From Pocillopora damicornis (Eukaryota): DNA of 64,000 bases. Shown piece by piece: positions 49,192 through 61,449 of this stretch. The translations under genes were made by a program, and so were the position numbers. The stretch covers positions 1,178,001-1,242,000 of the forward strand of contig NW_020845073.1 in NCBI RefSeq assembly GCF_003704095.1. Direction: 5' to 3'. Each line of letters opens with the position of its first letter. The first letter of the stretch is position 1. Below the pieces are notes generated by a model. It ran no database searches. It saw nothing but the letters and a program-made list of their open reading frames with translations, and was not told the DNA's origin.

Positions 49192-49809
49192 TGTACTGTA
49201 GGTGTGAATCCCTTAGCCATTGTTGTATTGTTAATTGTGGGATGGGAGGGTGATCACTTCCATAACATAGGAATTTATTTTGATGTACAGGTCGGGATAT
49301 CGCTTTTTTTACGCGTGCATATTTTGTAGTTAGGGGCATTTCAGAGATTTGTTTAATTTAATTGTTGTTCATTGTATCAAAAAAAAATACATGCTACCCT
49401 GTTAGTTGACAGAATGCAAGGCCAACAGCATTTTTTACAAGATAGTTTTCAATGTTTAAAAAAAGTAAGGTCACGGATATTTGTGAACTATCGCCACTTT
49501 AGTAGCCGTCATTTAATATTGATGAGAAGTTTGATTTAGGCAGTATCAGATATTTCTATATAAATTTACTATTTTGACCGGGTTTTTTTGACTTACGAAT
49601 GTTGGAAATGTCTGAGATCCGATCTTGGTTTAGTTAAACAACATTCCTGAGCGAAATTGTGGCAATCTCAACTCTTTTAGGGACATTTACAAGTCGTTCA
49701 GCACGGTTAGAATTATTTAATCCATTCAAATACTGCCCCTAAAAGAAGTTAAGCGCTGACTAGTCTCAATCGCATCGCTCCTAGATATTATTCACAAATA
49801 TAAAATGTT

Positions 49810-49861
49810 TCTTCGAATTTTATATCTCTGGCTCTTCGAATTTTATATCTCTGGCTCTTCG
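49810..49861. repeat. 23-bp perfect tandem duplication (TCTTCGAATTTTATATCTCTGGC x2+)
   Basis: Directly visible. Confidence 0.9.
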
Positions 49862-50465
49862 TAAAGAGAACGTTTTGACTCTTATTGACACTTATCTAAA
49901 AGCTTGTCCGATTGGTTCGTCTAAAAGCTTCCCCTATTGGCTCGTCTATAGCAAGATCTGCTCTCTTTGCGTTTGGAGGCAAGACTCTTGCTCAAGGTGA
50001 ATGTAAGGGAAGGGAAAGCGTGAGATCCCTATCGCGCACAGCAATCGGCGAGAATCGAACTTATACTCTCTTCCTTTCAGCCGTGTGCACAAGATTATGA
50101 TCATTTCTGTACGTGTTTGTGGTGAAGAGGAGAAATTTTTCCAATTTCTTTTGAGTAGGAGATGCCTATGCAAGATCATTGGCAAATTTCGTGGTTGGTG
50201 TTTATTTTTTTTTTCTGTTATCGTATTTCAGAATCATTTACTATAAAGTTTTTAAGTTCAGACGAAGTTATAGATATGTTCATGTATCGTGTGATAAGTT
50301 TCGAGTATCTGGTTCAAAGCAGGTCTTTTGAACTTTGTTTTTGTGTAAGGTACGGTATGCTAAGACTGTACGACCAAGGCTATGTCCGCACCTGTTTCCC
50401 CAGCCTTTTTTAACTGGCACAGAACTCTAAATATTGATCTGTTCATACGTTGATCTTAGATTTAT

Positions 50466-50794
50466 TAAGCAACAGGATGCGCGTGCTTAGGACGCAATGT
50501 CGGGACCGTGATTGAAGACGCGAGTACTAAGGCTGACTACGCCTAACGCGAATATTGGCAGGTTTATGTTCTTTATGTGAATTAACTTTTTACTCGTTCA
50601 ACCAAGATTAATTGCAGAACCAAATCAAAGTTCTCCCTTTTTTTGATCTTTTTTGTCCTGCGTCTTCGGAAGGGTTGGTAAATTGAAAATATTTTATTTT
50701 CAACGTAGCTTCAGCTTGAAGAGATGCTGCTAGTGTCCAGTCTTTTTCTCAAATGAGTGCAACGTCCCAACTTGCAGTCGCATCCTGTTGCTAA
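50466..50794. mobile_element. MITE-like element with 14-bp TIRs (AGCAACAGGATGCG / CGCATCCTGTTGCT)
   Basis: Perfect inverted repeats ~330 bp apart. Confidence 0.65.
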
Positions 50795-51262
50795 AACAGC
50801 GTGATATTAAAACATTGATAAGATCCCGGGTTTATATTGTGCTCATGAACAGTGCCGAATTTTGGGGGGGGAGAAGTTGGAATGAAGTTGGTGCGGCCAT
50901 CGTGCTTGGCCACTACATAGTTAAACTGGTCGTTCTTTTGACGTTTTTTACGAGCGATCATTGCTGTCAGACGATTCATTGTTAAGTCTTGACCAAAAAC
51001 TCTCTGTGTTGCTAGTACCTGATCATTAGGCTTTGCGTTACAAACACGGCTGAATTATCAGACTGACGGTTTTGATTGGGCTGACCATTTACGCGACTCC
51101 ATCGCCTTTATTTTCATCAAACACTCAAAGAAATAAAAACCGCCACATACGTAGGCTACTAACTTATTGTAGAACAGGTTTTGAAGCTCGAAAAGGCAGA
51201 ATTTCTACGCCAAGAAAAGCGGTCAAACAAATATTTTCTTCATTCAAAAAAACACTCTAGTG

Positions 51263-51514
51263 CAAGCGTGGATCCAAGGAGAGGACGGGGGGTCCCGAAC
51301 TCTATATCCCTCTTTGTGCGGGTATTATAACTACTTGTGTGAACATAAAATTCCCCCAAACGACAAGATTGCTTATCGCTACTCAACTTGAAGTGTTTGA
51401 AATTTACTAATGAATTTCTGAGCTTGTTTAGCCTCTAGTTTTGAAAAAGAGATTTTCGTGTTGTTTGAATAAGTGTGAGCCCTCTCCAATCCAATATCCC
51501 TGGATCCGTCCCTG
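51263..51514. mobile_element. hAT-like MITE (CAGGG.CGGATCCAGG-type TIRs)
   Basis: 'caagcgtggatccaagga' ... 'ccctggatccgtccctg'. Confidence 0.55.
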
Positions 51515-54500
51515 CCACAGTATTGAATTTTCCCAATTCAAATTGTTTATCGTAACTGAATCATTCTGCATGCGAGGGGAAAGCAGAGGAAGAATTTCCC
51601 CGCAGTCTTTTTTACTCTAATAATTGCTTGTCTTCATATGTGAATAAAGTTTTGTACAGCAACTCTTCTTCGTTGATTGTTTGAGTCGATTTAGTGTCCC
51701 TCAGATTATTGATGGGCACGATATCTTACTGCGGTCCGGGAAATGAGCCCACGCTCGTGAAAATGGTGGAGGAAATCGAACCCAAGTCAATTTATCATCA
51801 CTAATTTCTTCTACTCTAAGGGGGCCCCATAGTGATTTTGCTCAATATTTGCGCGCGTGCCAGCGTAATGTTTTTCCAGAACATTTTTATATTTTCGCTT
51901 TCCATGGTCACTAAAAGCCATCAATCATAAATCTTACTTTTAAGATCTCTGTTTTCTTTTTCGCAAAACATTGCGTAATAGAATGGAACGTCGCCAAGAT
52001 CTATATCTGAGCATTCGTAAACTTTCGAATCTGTCGCCGTTTGGCAATCTTTTCCACAGTGTTTTCTTTTCGGTTGACCTCATATTCAGGCGTAAAAGGC
52101 TCACTAATATTACGCGTGCAGTTGCTGGAAACCCTAGATTCCAACTTTGTTGAACTGTTTTTGACACACCTTTTCAGATAACAATCATGCGATCGTATAG
52201 AACTGCCATGGTTGTTTTTTATGCCTCTTGAAACCTCAAATTTCCAGTGCAACAGTTTTTTCTTTTTATTTATTTCCTAAAACGACAACCACACGAACAT
52301 GGATATTTTCGGGCAATACAAATGACGCCTCCATACAGTTATACAGTATGGCCAGCACTCTGAAAATTTAGCTCAATTGCGACGGTTCTACTTTCTGTAC
52401 CCTTTTCGCCTGTTTGTGTTTTTATACATCTGTAGTAGTATGAAAACATTCACTGCGGTGTTAAAGTTTGTCCAGTGGCAAGTTAGACTGGGTAAAACCG
52501 CCTAAACTTGCACGACCATTGAGTTCAGACCTCTAATTCACTGTCTGGTGATCATTGGACGGTTGACCTTGTGTTCTACACATTTAGGGGAGGGTAATTA
52601 GATCTCTGCTTTCACGAAGGTTCCTTTCTTTTATGAAAGGGAGGGCCAAATCGTGGGTTATCCATACGAGCCTCTTTCAGAGTTATCTTTTGAGGAAAGA
52701 CTGCGAGCGACATGAAACGAGGATAAAAGTTAAGTTGAGCGCCCGTAAACAAGGGTTCGAATCACTTGCTCTGACGTGCGCAACATAACTTTCCTAATGG
52801 TTTCTTTCAGGCCAACTTAAGCTTACTTTGCTAATAAATCGTAACAATGAACTTTTGTTTCAAATAACCGTAGGCTAATATAAGATCAGTAGATATGTCT
52901 GGCTTAAAAGGGAGTGTCAAACTCAGACAAACAGGTGCACTAAAATTAGTTGCGACGAAATCAACGAAAGGCTTTATAAGAAGAAATGAGACGATCCTTG
53001 ACTAATCTTTCGCTGACGGTAACAGTTTTGTCAACGAAAGATTCGCGAGTTTAAATGCATCACCAAAGACGAATCTATATGAATTTCTGATCGCTACACA
53101 ATACTGCATCTGAATCCAACTTCCTCTTGTTCGAAGACATCATTTCTGAAATTTCAAAAACGCTTCATGTAGACGCGCATTTTTGTCCTCTGGCCCAAAG
53201 CACCGTCTGTCTCTTGGCAAACAGCCATACGGCGATAGTTCGGTGAGTTGTCTGCATCGTCTTCCCCTGGTCTCATATTTAGCTCCCTGGGAGGTATAAC
53301 GCCGATAAGACCACGCGGTGCTGGCCATGAGGGGTAATTCTGATTTTGGTCCCCTCTCCCTAACCCCTGAGTCGGAGGTGCGTGGGCAATTTGCCCGTGG
53401 TTACCCTGGTTTGCGGAGGATTGGAAAGCTTGTTGGTGGTTTTCAACCCCAGTCCTACCTGTGTTGTAATACGTTCTAGTGGCAGAGAATTGTGTCTCAG
53501 AATCCGAGTTATTAACCTCTTCAGCCTGAAAGAATGAATTAGTAAAATGAACCGCATTTTGATAATAAACTTGTGTCGTATTTACTCCGCCCGGTGGCGT
53601 TTATCAAACTTTGCACGATAACAAGAAAATGTCAACAGGAAAAGAAAAACACGCGTGTTCAAAATATCACCCACGGTCTCGTTTTGTTGGGACTATTATG
53701 AAGCTTACTTTGTTTTCATTGTGCGTGGCAACAAAAGCGACAAAAATTTTGCCAATATTTTCTCATAAGAAATACAAAACACAAAAACTACGAGATTTTA
53801 GTGTTTGAGAGTGCATCGTTAAATAAAGTCAAAAAATATACAATTTAGCACTCATATCTCTTTTCAGCATGGAAACGATCGTCTGCCCCGGGTTGAGGAG
53901 GGCTTTTGTAAAAAGAACTCTATAATCATGCTAAAACATTTTTCGTTTTTAAATGGAGCAAATGATTCAAGCAATTAATTAAAATTTAGCTGTCATCCCT
54001 TCAACATAGAGTGTAAACAATCAGAGTTGTAGCCTCCTAAATTTGTTTGCCTGCTTTGAAACATTTATCTTGGCTTAAAAACCCCAAAAGATAGTAGTCA
54101 TTTCAAGGAAAAATAAATTATTTCGTTAAGGAAACGGCATCATAATGAAACATACTTGTGATAACTACGTGTCTCGTAACAATTACGGGTAAACCCTTTC
54201 CAGCGATAAGTTCTTCTACATTTACAATAAACTGTGTATTGCATTAATTTTAGTCACATTAATTCTGGTACGGAGCCAAACCCTAAATTCAACATTGCTA
54301 AAAGATTGAACACTTTCCAGATTTCATTTTTGACCTCTAAGAAGCTTTAGCAATTAACTATTTTTTTAAATTCTCAATCATTATTCAACTGTCTGTTCTT
54401 AATAGCACTCTTTGCAAGAAGGAAATTTGCATTTTGGATCAATTATTTGAAGAGAGAACAACTTGGCACTACAGCTGGAGAAAAAATAAACAGCCTGCAG

Positions 54501-57500
54501 CATGGAAGAAAGAGAAATTTGGGGATTTAAAATGTATTTCAATAAATGTATATTTTTCCAAATTTTTACTTCATAAAACTCTATATTCATATGATAAGTT
54601 TGAGATTATCCTTCTGCGTGACGAGCGAAATGTATTTTGACTGAAAATGCTCTCTGAATTTCCATTTTTACCTTTCAATTACAGTTGAAAGAATTCAAAA
54701 AAACGAAGTTTAAATATTTATTTGATGATTTTGCGCTGCCAGAACAGGTTTCTATTACAATCTTTCCCCGAGGTTACAAACAACCCACGTTGAAGAATTA
54801 TTTATCACGGTTCGTTAAAAATCTCTTTTCTGCAAATTCGCAAGATAATATTTAGCTTTCTAGCTACCCAATTTTGTTAGGTGCAATTTTATTTGAATAA
54901 ATCTTTTGGTCCGATTGTTTGGTTGCTGGTTGGAAAAATATCCTACTTCGTAAAAAAAGAAAACAGCAGTTGTACCTGAACAACCCTAACGTTTAACTTT
55001 TCGGCTTTGAGATAATAAGCAAACCTTCGAGAAAAAAAAAAAAAAAGAACTAAGACTGTTTGAATCCAAGAGATTTGAACTCAAAAGGTGGAAACAGCTG
55101 TAGCGGGTTTGATATCGATTACCAAACAAAAAGTGACGTACAAGAAAGTTTTTATCATGTTTCTACGCCGGTATTGGGTTTTTACTTCACTGGAAAAAGA
55201 GTTCCAGCCCTTCATCTTGGATTGCACTTCACATACGCGCTATTTCTTAAAACACCATGTAGGTAAACGAAAACGAAGCGAAAACATCTCTCATAGTGAG
55301 AAAAACTATAAAAATCCGCTTTAAAGGGTCCATAATAAAGAAAGTGTCGGCTTAGAAAAATATTCAGAGCTGAAAACATGGAAGGCCTTCATTTGTTTCT
55401 TTAGAGTGACTCTGTCAAGGACAATGTGGTCAAGAATTGACATATTTTAGTTTGATTTACCCAAAGTTATTAGAGCTGCAACTGTTGTGTTTACATGGCC
55501 ATTTAAAGTACTCATAGCATGTTCGTATAAATAAATGTCTCTCCAACAACGGCCAAAATTAATGGCGACAACTGAATTTCATACCTTTATTTTGTCGGAC
55601 TCCACAATGTAGCGTGGCTCGTTTTTGTTCGGCGCGTGAAGATTTTCTCCAAGGAGCAGAACTGTTTGCCTCGAGTCATCATGATTTTGCTGTGCAGGTG
55701 CTGCCCAGTTTTCGTCTCGATTCGCTTTCCGCTCCAAGCTTTCTCTTTTTCCTGCCATATATGATTCCTTTGTGGAACAGATCAACAATGTATAAAGAAC
55801 AATATTTTATCTCTGAGGTAGTTTTTTTCGCAGTCAAAATACCAGCAATTAAGCGGAGTTATGCGAGAGTCTGTACTGGTACTCGTCGTTCTCAAATGGT
55901 GGAAACGATTTTAAGCGCATTCTGTGACGTACAAAGTCCAGCTGCGCTTTTTCAGGAAGATAATTCATGCGAGAGCGCCCCCTTAAATGTAAACAATGCT
56001 TTGTGTTGCAACTGAAAATTCGTTAGAGACAAAAGCCGGCCACTTAGTGTCGTGGACGCAAGACAAACTGGGACATATCGCAGCAACATCTTGAACGATT
56101 TGCCTTTTATGAAAAGAACTTCTGTAAGCAGGCATGTTATCTAATGTGGTGTTGAAAATAGAAAACACGATCTAGATAAAATTTCCGCAATCAGTATTAT
56201 ACTCATCAGCAAGACAGAGGGTCCATAATTTTCTGTCATTTGCAGAGAAGCTGTATAAAAGCTCGTTAGCGAATCGAAATCTGACGCTTTTCGTTGCTGT
56301 GTTGTGAAGAAGAAAGACACAACACGAGGTGCACAAACCTCCCACGGCCTTAGCACATAAAACTGGCGGTAGAGGTTTACCGACGGGAAAATTTTCCTCC
56401 AAGTCGGAACCAGTTCGAAATGGATATAATTCAAGAATATGTGAAGCTATGTGAAAGAGTGCATGATGAAAACGTTTTGTTGAGCAACATTAACAAAAAC
56501 GAAATTCTATCGATAACAAAAAGTTCTTGTAAACAGCTAAGAAAATTTTTGGCCCATGCCAAACAACTCTCGTCACGGCAAGGAGGAAAAAGCAGAATGT
56601 AACTTGTCTACTTAACGAAGATAATTAAAGTTTTCCAAGGTAAATAAAGATTTTTTTATTTGCATGGCACATAAATATTTCAATAAACCAAACAGGTGCG
56701 AAATACATGGTAGAATACAATCAAGATACCCCCTGCCCTAACCCAACCATTAAATAAAATTATTTAAGGAGCGAAAAAGAGACGGATTGGATAAACGTGA
56801 CCTAACATGTCTTTCACTAATTCTTGCAAATTTCCATTGATCTAACTGCCATACACAGAAAAAATGCATTTATCTCACAGCATTCAACTTTTAGAACGTC
56901 CCCGCTGGTAGGAAAATTGCTGGATATATGACTAGGCGAGAACAAAGTCATTGGGTACAAAAAGGTTTTTTTTTTATTTGTTTATTTTTTTTTTACGTTA
57001 TCAGCGATTCAACTAGACTTCTTGTGGTGAGCTTTAAATTTCTTGTTTCGCTTCGGTAGTTTACCAACACAATACGAACACTTCCCACACCTTAAAGTAC
57101 CCTGAGATAATTATTACCTTGGATAAGTATTATGCATCTTACTTGAGTGGATGGCTTAAATCGTATTTGACACAAACATAAATTCGCCCACTGACAAGCC
57201 CGTCGTAATTGCAGCCAAATGGCGCTCTTTTTGATGGCTGTGTCGAGGACAAAAGTCCATTTAAATTCTGCTGCTAATGTGTTTGGAATTGCACTTAGCT
57301 TTAAGTAAATACCGCAGTTGTCTTGAGAAGAATCGAAAAGTCTCCGCAGTTTCGTTTAAGTTACTTTTCCAAATCATGTTCTACCATATTTATTTGATAA
57401 GTTGATACAACTTCTTTAATTGATTGTTTGAAATGGTGGGCCTAGGGAAAAAGTGATAAAATTGAAAAATAAGTTCTGTCTGAGCGACTTATGGAAAATT

Positions 57501-59527
57501 TCTGGAAAGGCACATTTAGCCAGATAGCGGGTACTTATTCGATCAGTGTATATCAAAAATTAAACAATGAATTTTATACACGATAAATTAATTAAAATAC
57601 ACGTTCTCAGGCTACTGGCGTCACTGAAGTGGCTAAGATATCATCTAAGACCCAAATGTGGAAAGGAAAATTAAAAAAAACTTTATAAAAACATGAGCGC
57701 ATATATTTTACAGGGAGTGAAACAAGAAATTTTGGCAACAGCTTTGTGCCATGATTGTCAAACTTTTGCACTGAGTGAAAGACCCGAAAGACTTACTTGG
57801 ACTAGGCTCGAAACAGCAAGGTGAACGACCAGTTCATATCATGTCGAAATAAAATATTTTGAATGTGTAATAAATATGTCGCTGAAATCAGTGATTTCGG
57901 TCAAAGCTGATTACCAGCAGTCTACTGCCGCCCGCTGGACCCGTTACCACCTTCTGTTTAGCCAGTGGGCACGCTCTCGTGTTTGGCTTTCGCTTTACGG
58001 CGCCTTTTCGGGGCACAACTGCCTGCTACACCATAAGCAGGCAGTCGCTTATGGAAAAAGTTAATTATTGGAACCCCTGCAAAGATCAGCAAGTGCCTGG
58101 GGATCAAATTCTCGGCGACAGCAATCGGTTACGAAATTAATTAAACTAAATGCTAATCTCTCTTAAAAGGTTTTTTAAATTTATTCCTTTTTTCGCCTTT
58201 TTGAACATTAACAGGGAAATTGTAAAGCTGCGTGTATGAAACAAGTGTCACTTTTTTTGTTGAAGAAAAAAATCAATTTTTAAACTTTGAACGAAATAGA
58301 TAGTGTAGCCTTCTGTACGTATTGTTCTTTCGACAAACATCTTACTTTATTTTCTCTTCCATCAGAAGCAAATCGTTTATACTTTTTGCAGAAAAGTGAA
58401 ATCGCAGGAAAATTAATGCAGATATCACAGGGTGATATTATCAATAAAGTTCTTTGAATATAATAGCTCGTTTACTTTTGGCTGATCACGGTAAAATCTC
58501 CTTCTAGTCAATAGAAAACCGACATCATATTCTTCTTTCCAATTTTGCAACACATAAATGCTACATCATATTACAGTTAACCGTATCTTGCTTAAAAAAA
58601 TAATTCAAAGTTGATTATCATACAATGCAAAATAGATTATTTAGGTTGTATTTTCCTTTGAAAGACCGATTGCCTATGAGAAAAACATTTATCGCATTGG
58701 ATGATCAGTTCCTCTTTCAGCTGTATCTCTTTAAAATAGGAAGCCAGGGCGTGGCTGAGTAAATAAAAGAGAGGCTCTCGCCGGCAGTAACAGTTTGGAT
58801 CTTGAAAAAAATAAAGATTTAACATTATCAGTATTTGCCAAGGATCTCTTGTATTTGCCTAATGCAGGGACAAACCGTATTTATAAATCTACCGTATTCC
58901 GAGGAAATTTAGCGTAGATATGCATTTTTCATCAGCGTTGTGTCATGGTAATTCTATTTGCTTGAGTGTTATATTCCTTAAGTAGTTGAGGAGATTAAGT
59001 TGATGTTATCTCGGCGCAGTATACCTACTAAGAGCTAATCTCTTAATATGCAGACCCATCACTTGCATGAGACGGCACTTTTACCTCACAGTCCTGCGGC
59101 AAAAAAAAAAAAAAAAAAAAAAACCAATCAACCAAAAAATCTCAAAGATTTTTCACTATAGAGCCGACTCAGAGATAAATATCTTATAATATTTGGTCTC
59201 AATCCGCGGAAGCCTAGTTTATTGACTGTGGATGTTTCATTGATCTTCATCCGTTCTACTTGTCTGCAATATTTAAACAGGATGGCCCAGTTCATTTTAA
59301 AGCTGTTTAAATCAGAGAAAAGCATTTTTCAAACATTAATTCCAATTTTTTACCATTTCACTACAGATAAAAAAGTGCGGTTTCAGTTACATAATATATA
59401 AAATATTAAACTCTCTGAAAAGGGAAAGATTTTCCTATCTTGGCGAGAGTGGGATAAAGAAATACTCGATTAAGTGTTCTTTCACAAAAGTCATTTATTT
59501 TAAACCGCAGGAATAAGACACCGTTCA

Positions 59528-59627
59528 NNNNNNNNNNNNNNNNNNNNNNNNNNNNNNNNNNNNNNNNNNNNNNNNNNNNNNNNNNNNNNNNNNNNNNNNN
59601 NNNNNNNNNNNNNNNNNNNNNNNNNNN
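59528..59627. other. Assembly gap (100 N)
   Basis: Run of N. Confidence 1.
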
Positions 59628-60462
59628 CCTCTTTGCCTCAGGTTACAGGTATACTGATACTGAAAGGACATTTACTGAACACAACAAAAAACTTCATTTC
59701 TCAAGGACCTTTAGGACTGATTTTAAACATTTTTTTTTCGTAAGTATAAAATATTTGAAATGGGAGTCACTTCAGAATTTATTCAAATTTCATAATTTAA
59801 TTGTGGTCTATCAAATTGACGTTGTCGAGGAGCAAAACACTTATCACCATGGCTGACTCAATGGCTGGGCTGTTTTCAACAATACACCCTTTTCTGATGT
59901 CTTTCGTGCCTAATGTCCGCGTCAAGACGCCCGAATAAAGCTGATGGAAGCGATGGTGTGACACTGTTTACGTCACTGTTATATAACGCCTCCGTTTCAT
60001 TTGTCTACGCGAGAAATCGGAAAAGCATTTGCGAAACGATGCTCTTTCAAAGTCCTCTGCTTTTTTAGATGACGGTTTTTAGCGTGTACAGTGGACAAAA
60101 AGCGAACATACAAAACTAAGAATGCGAAACACTAAGATTATTGATAGGACGTCGTGGTCCGATTAATGTAACAACATGAAAATTTCCAGCTCAAGTTGAA
60201 TGATTCACAAACTTCTCTCTTTATGTTATAACCAGCGTGGGTTCTTACGCCGGTAAACCGACGGTTTATTGCTTCAATAGACAATGGAAAAAATTGTGGT
60301 CGATTTGTTAAATCGCCCCACAGATGGCTTCATTAAGGATAGTGGAGAATGGATTTCCACGATTACGAAACACAGGAACAAAGAAGTTGACAACAGCACC
60401 CCGAGGAACCAACTCGCCGAAGCAACAATGATAAAACTTGAGAATAAAAGCTGTTTAAAGGA

Positions 60463-60523
60463 AACCAATCACAGCTGTTAAAAAACAACCAATCACAGCT
60501 TTTGAAAGTCAACCAATCACAGC
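60463..60523 (+). promoter_or_regulatory. Triple CCAAT (NF-Y-type) boxes AACCAATCACAGC with exact 24-bp periodicity
   Basis: Identical 13-mers at 60463, 60487 and 60511 with differing spacers, ~930 bp upstream of the LamG gene ATG. Confidence 0.6.
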
Positions 60524-61449
60524 GGAGCCCCGTGCTTTATCAGGTTATTGTGTAATAAGTGGAATATATCGCCTGGAGACCATTTCATCATCGTGCAAGT
60601 CTCAAGCGTAAGATAACTGCCGATGCTCAAAACCGGGCATCTCTTAAATAACAATGACTGTAGCCGAAACGCGAGAGAACAAGACTTCATACAATTTAAG
60701 CTGAATATTTTATAAAAAAAAAAAAAATTCTTCCTGCCAACTTATTGAAAGGTTCGTCAGAACATTTCCGAGAAGAATTACAGCAATCTTTGTAGATAAG
60801 AACAAATCAAAGCGCGCAACGAAACCGCCATTTTGATGTGCCTTAGGGGCGTTTTCTAGGAAATACCGCGTGACACTGCAAGAACTGCGGGCTCAACCTA
60901 ATTCAGGTTATTGTTGTGCAAGGTCTTCCTGCTCAAACCGAGTAAAATCCTTAAAAAAAAATAAATAAATAAAAAAAATAAACTAATGGCCATGAGTTAT
61001 GTTTGGGAAATTTCTGTCTGTTTTAGATTTGTTTTGTTATGTTTTTGTTTTTGTTTTTGTTTTTTGCTGTTTTAGATGACCTTTGCGATAATGATGACGG
61101 AAACTTAACAACAATATGCGAGTTTCGCTCGGAACTTCCGAGTTCGAATCCAGTTCATTTAACACTCCCTGGTGGAACTGCTCGTTTGTGTCGTCAAGCA
61201 TACTCATTTTCTCCTTGCATCTCATTAATATTTTTCTACGCTTTTTGTTCATTGTTTCTATTGAATTTTTGTTTATCCTTTTTTTTTTCCAACGAAAAAC
61301 TTATCAACGAGAAGGGGAGGAGAAACCATCCGTCCATCAAACGCAGAACCGCCTTATCTTGCCATGGTCTTTGGTTACACATGAAACGCGCCTAGTTGAC
61401 CATTCAGTTTGTTAGTCATAATCTGGGTGGTTTTGTTCTCATCGCAGAG

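Noticed and set aside
49900-59500. Numerous 60-130 aa ORFs in the intergenic interval
   Set aside because: No domain motifs, many begin at non-ATG codons, and lengths are as expected by chance.
60284-60481. 65-aa ORF (MEKIVVDLL...) upstream of the LamG gene
   Set aside because: No recognisable domain or splice context; it overlaps the CCAAT array.
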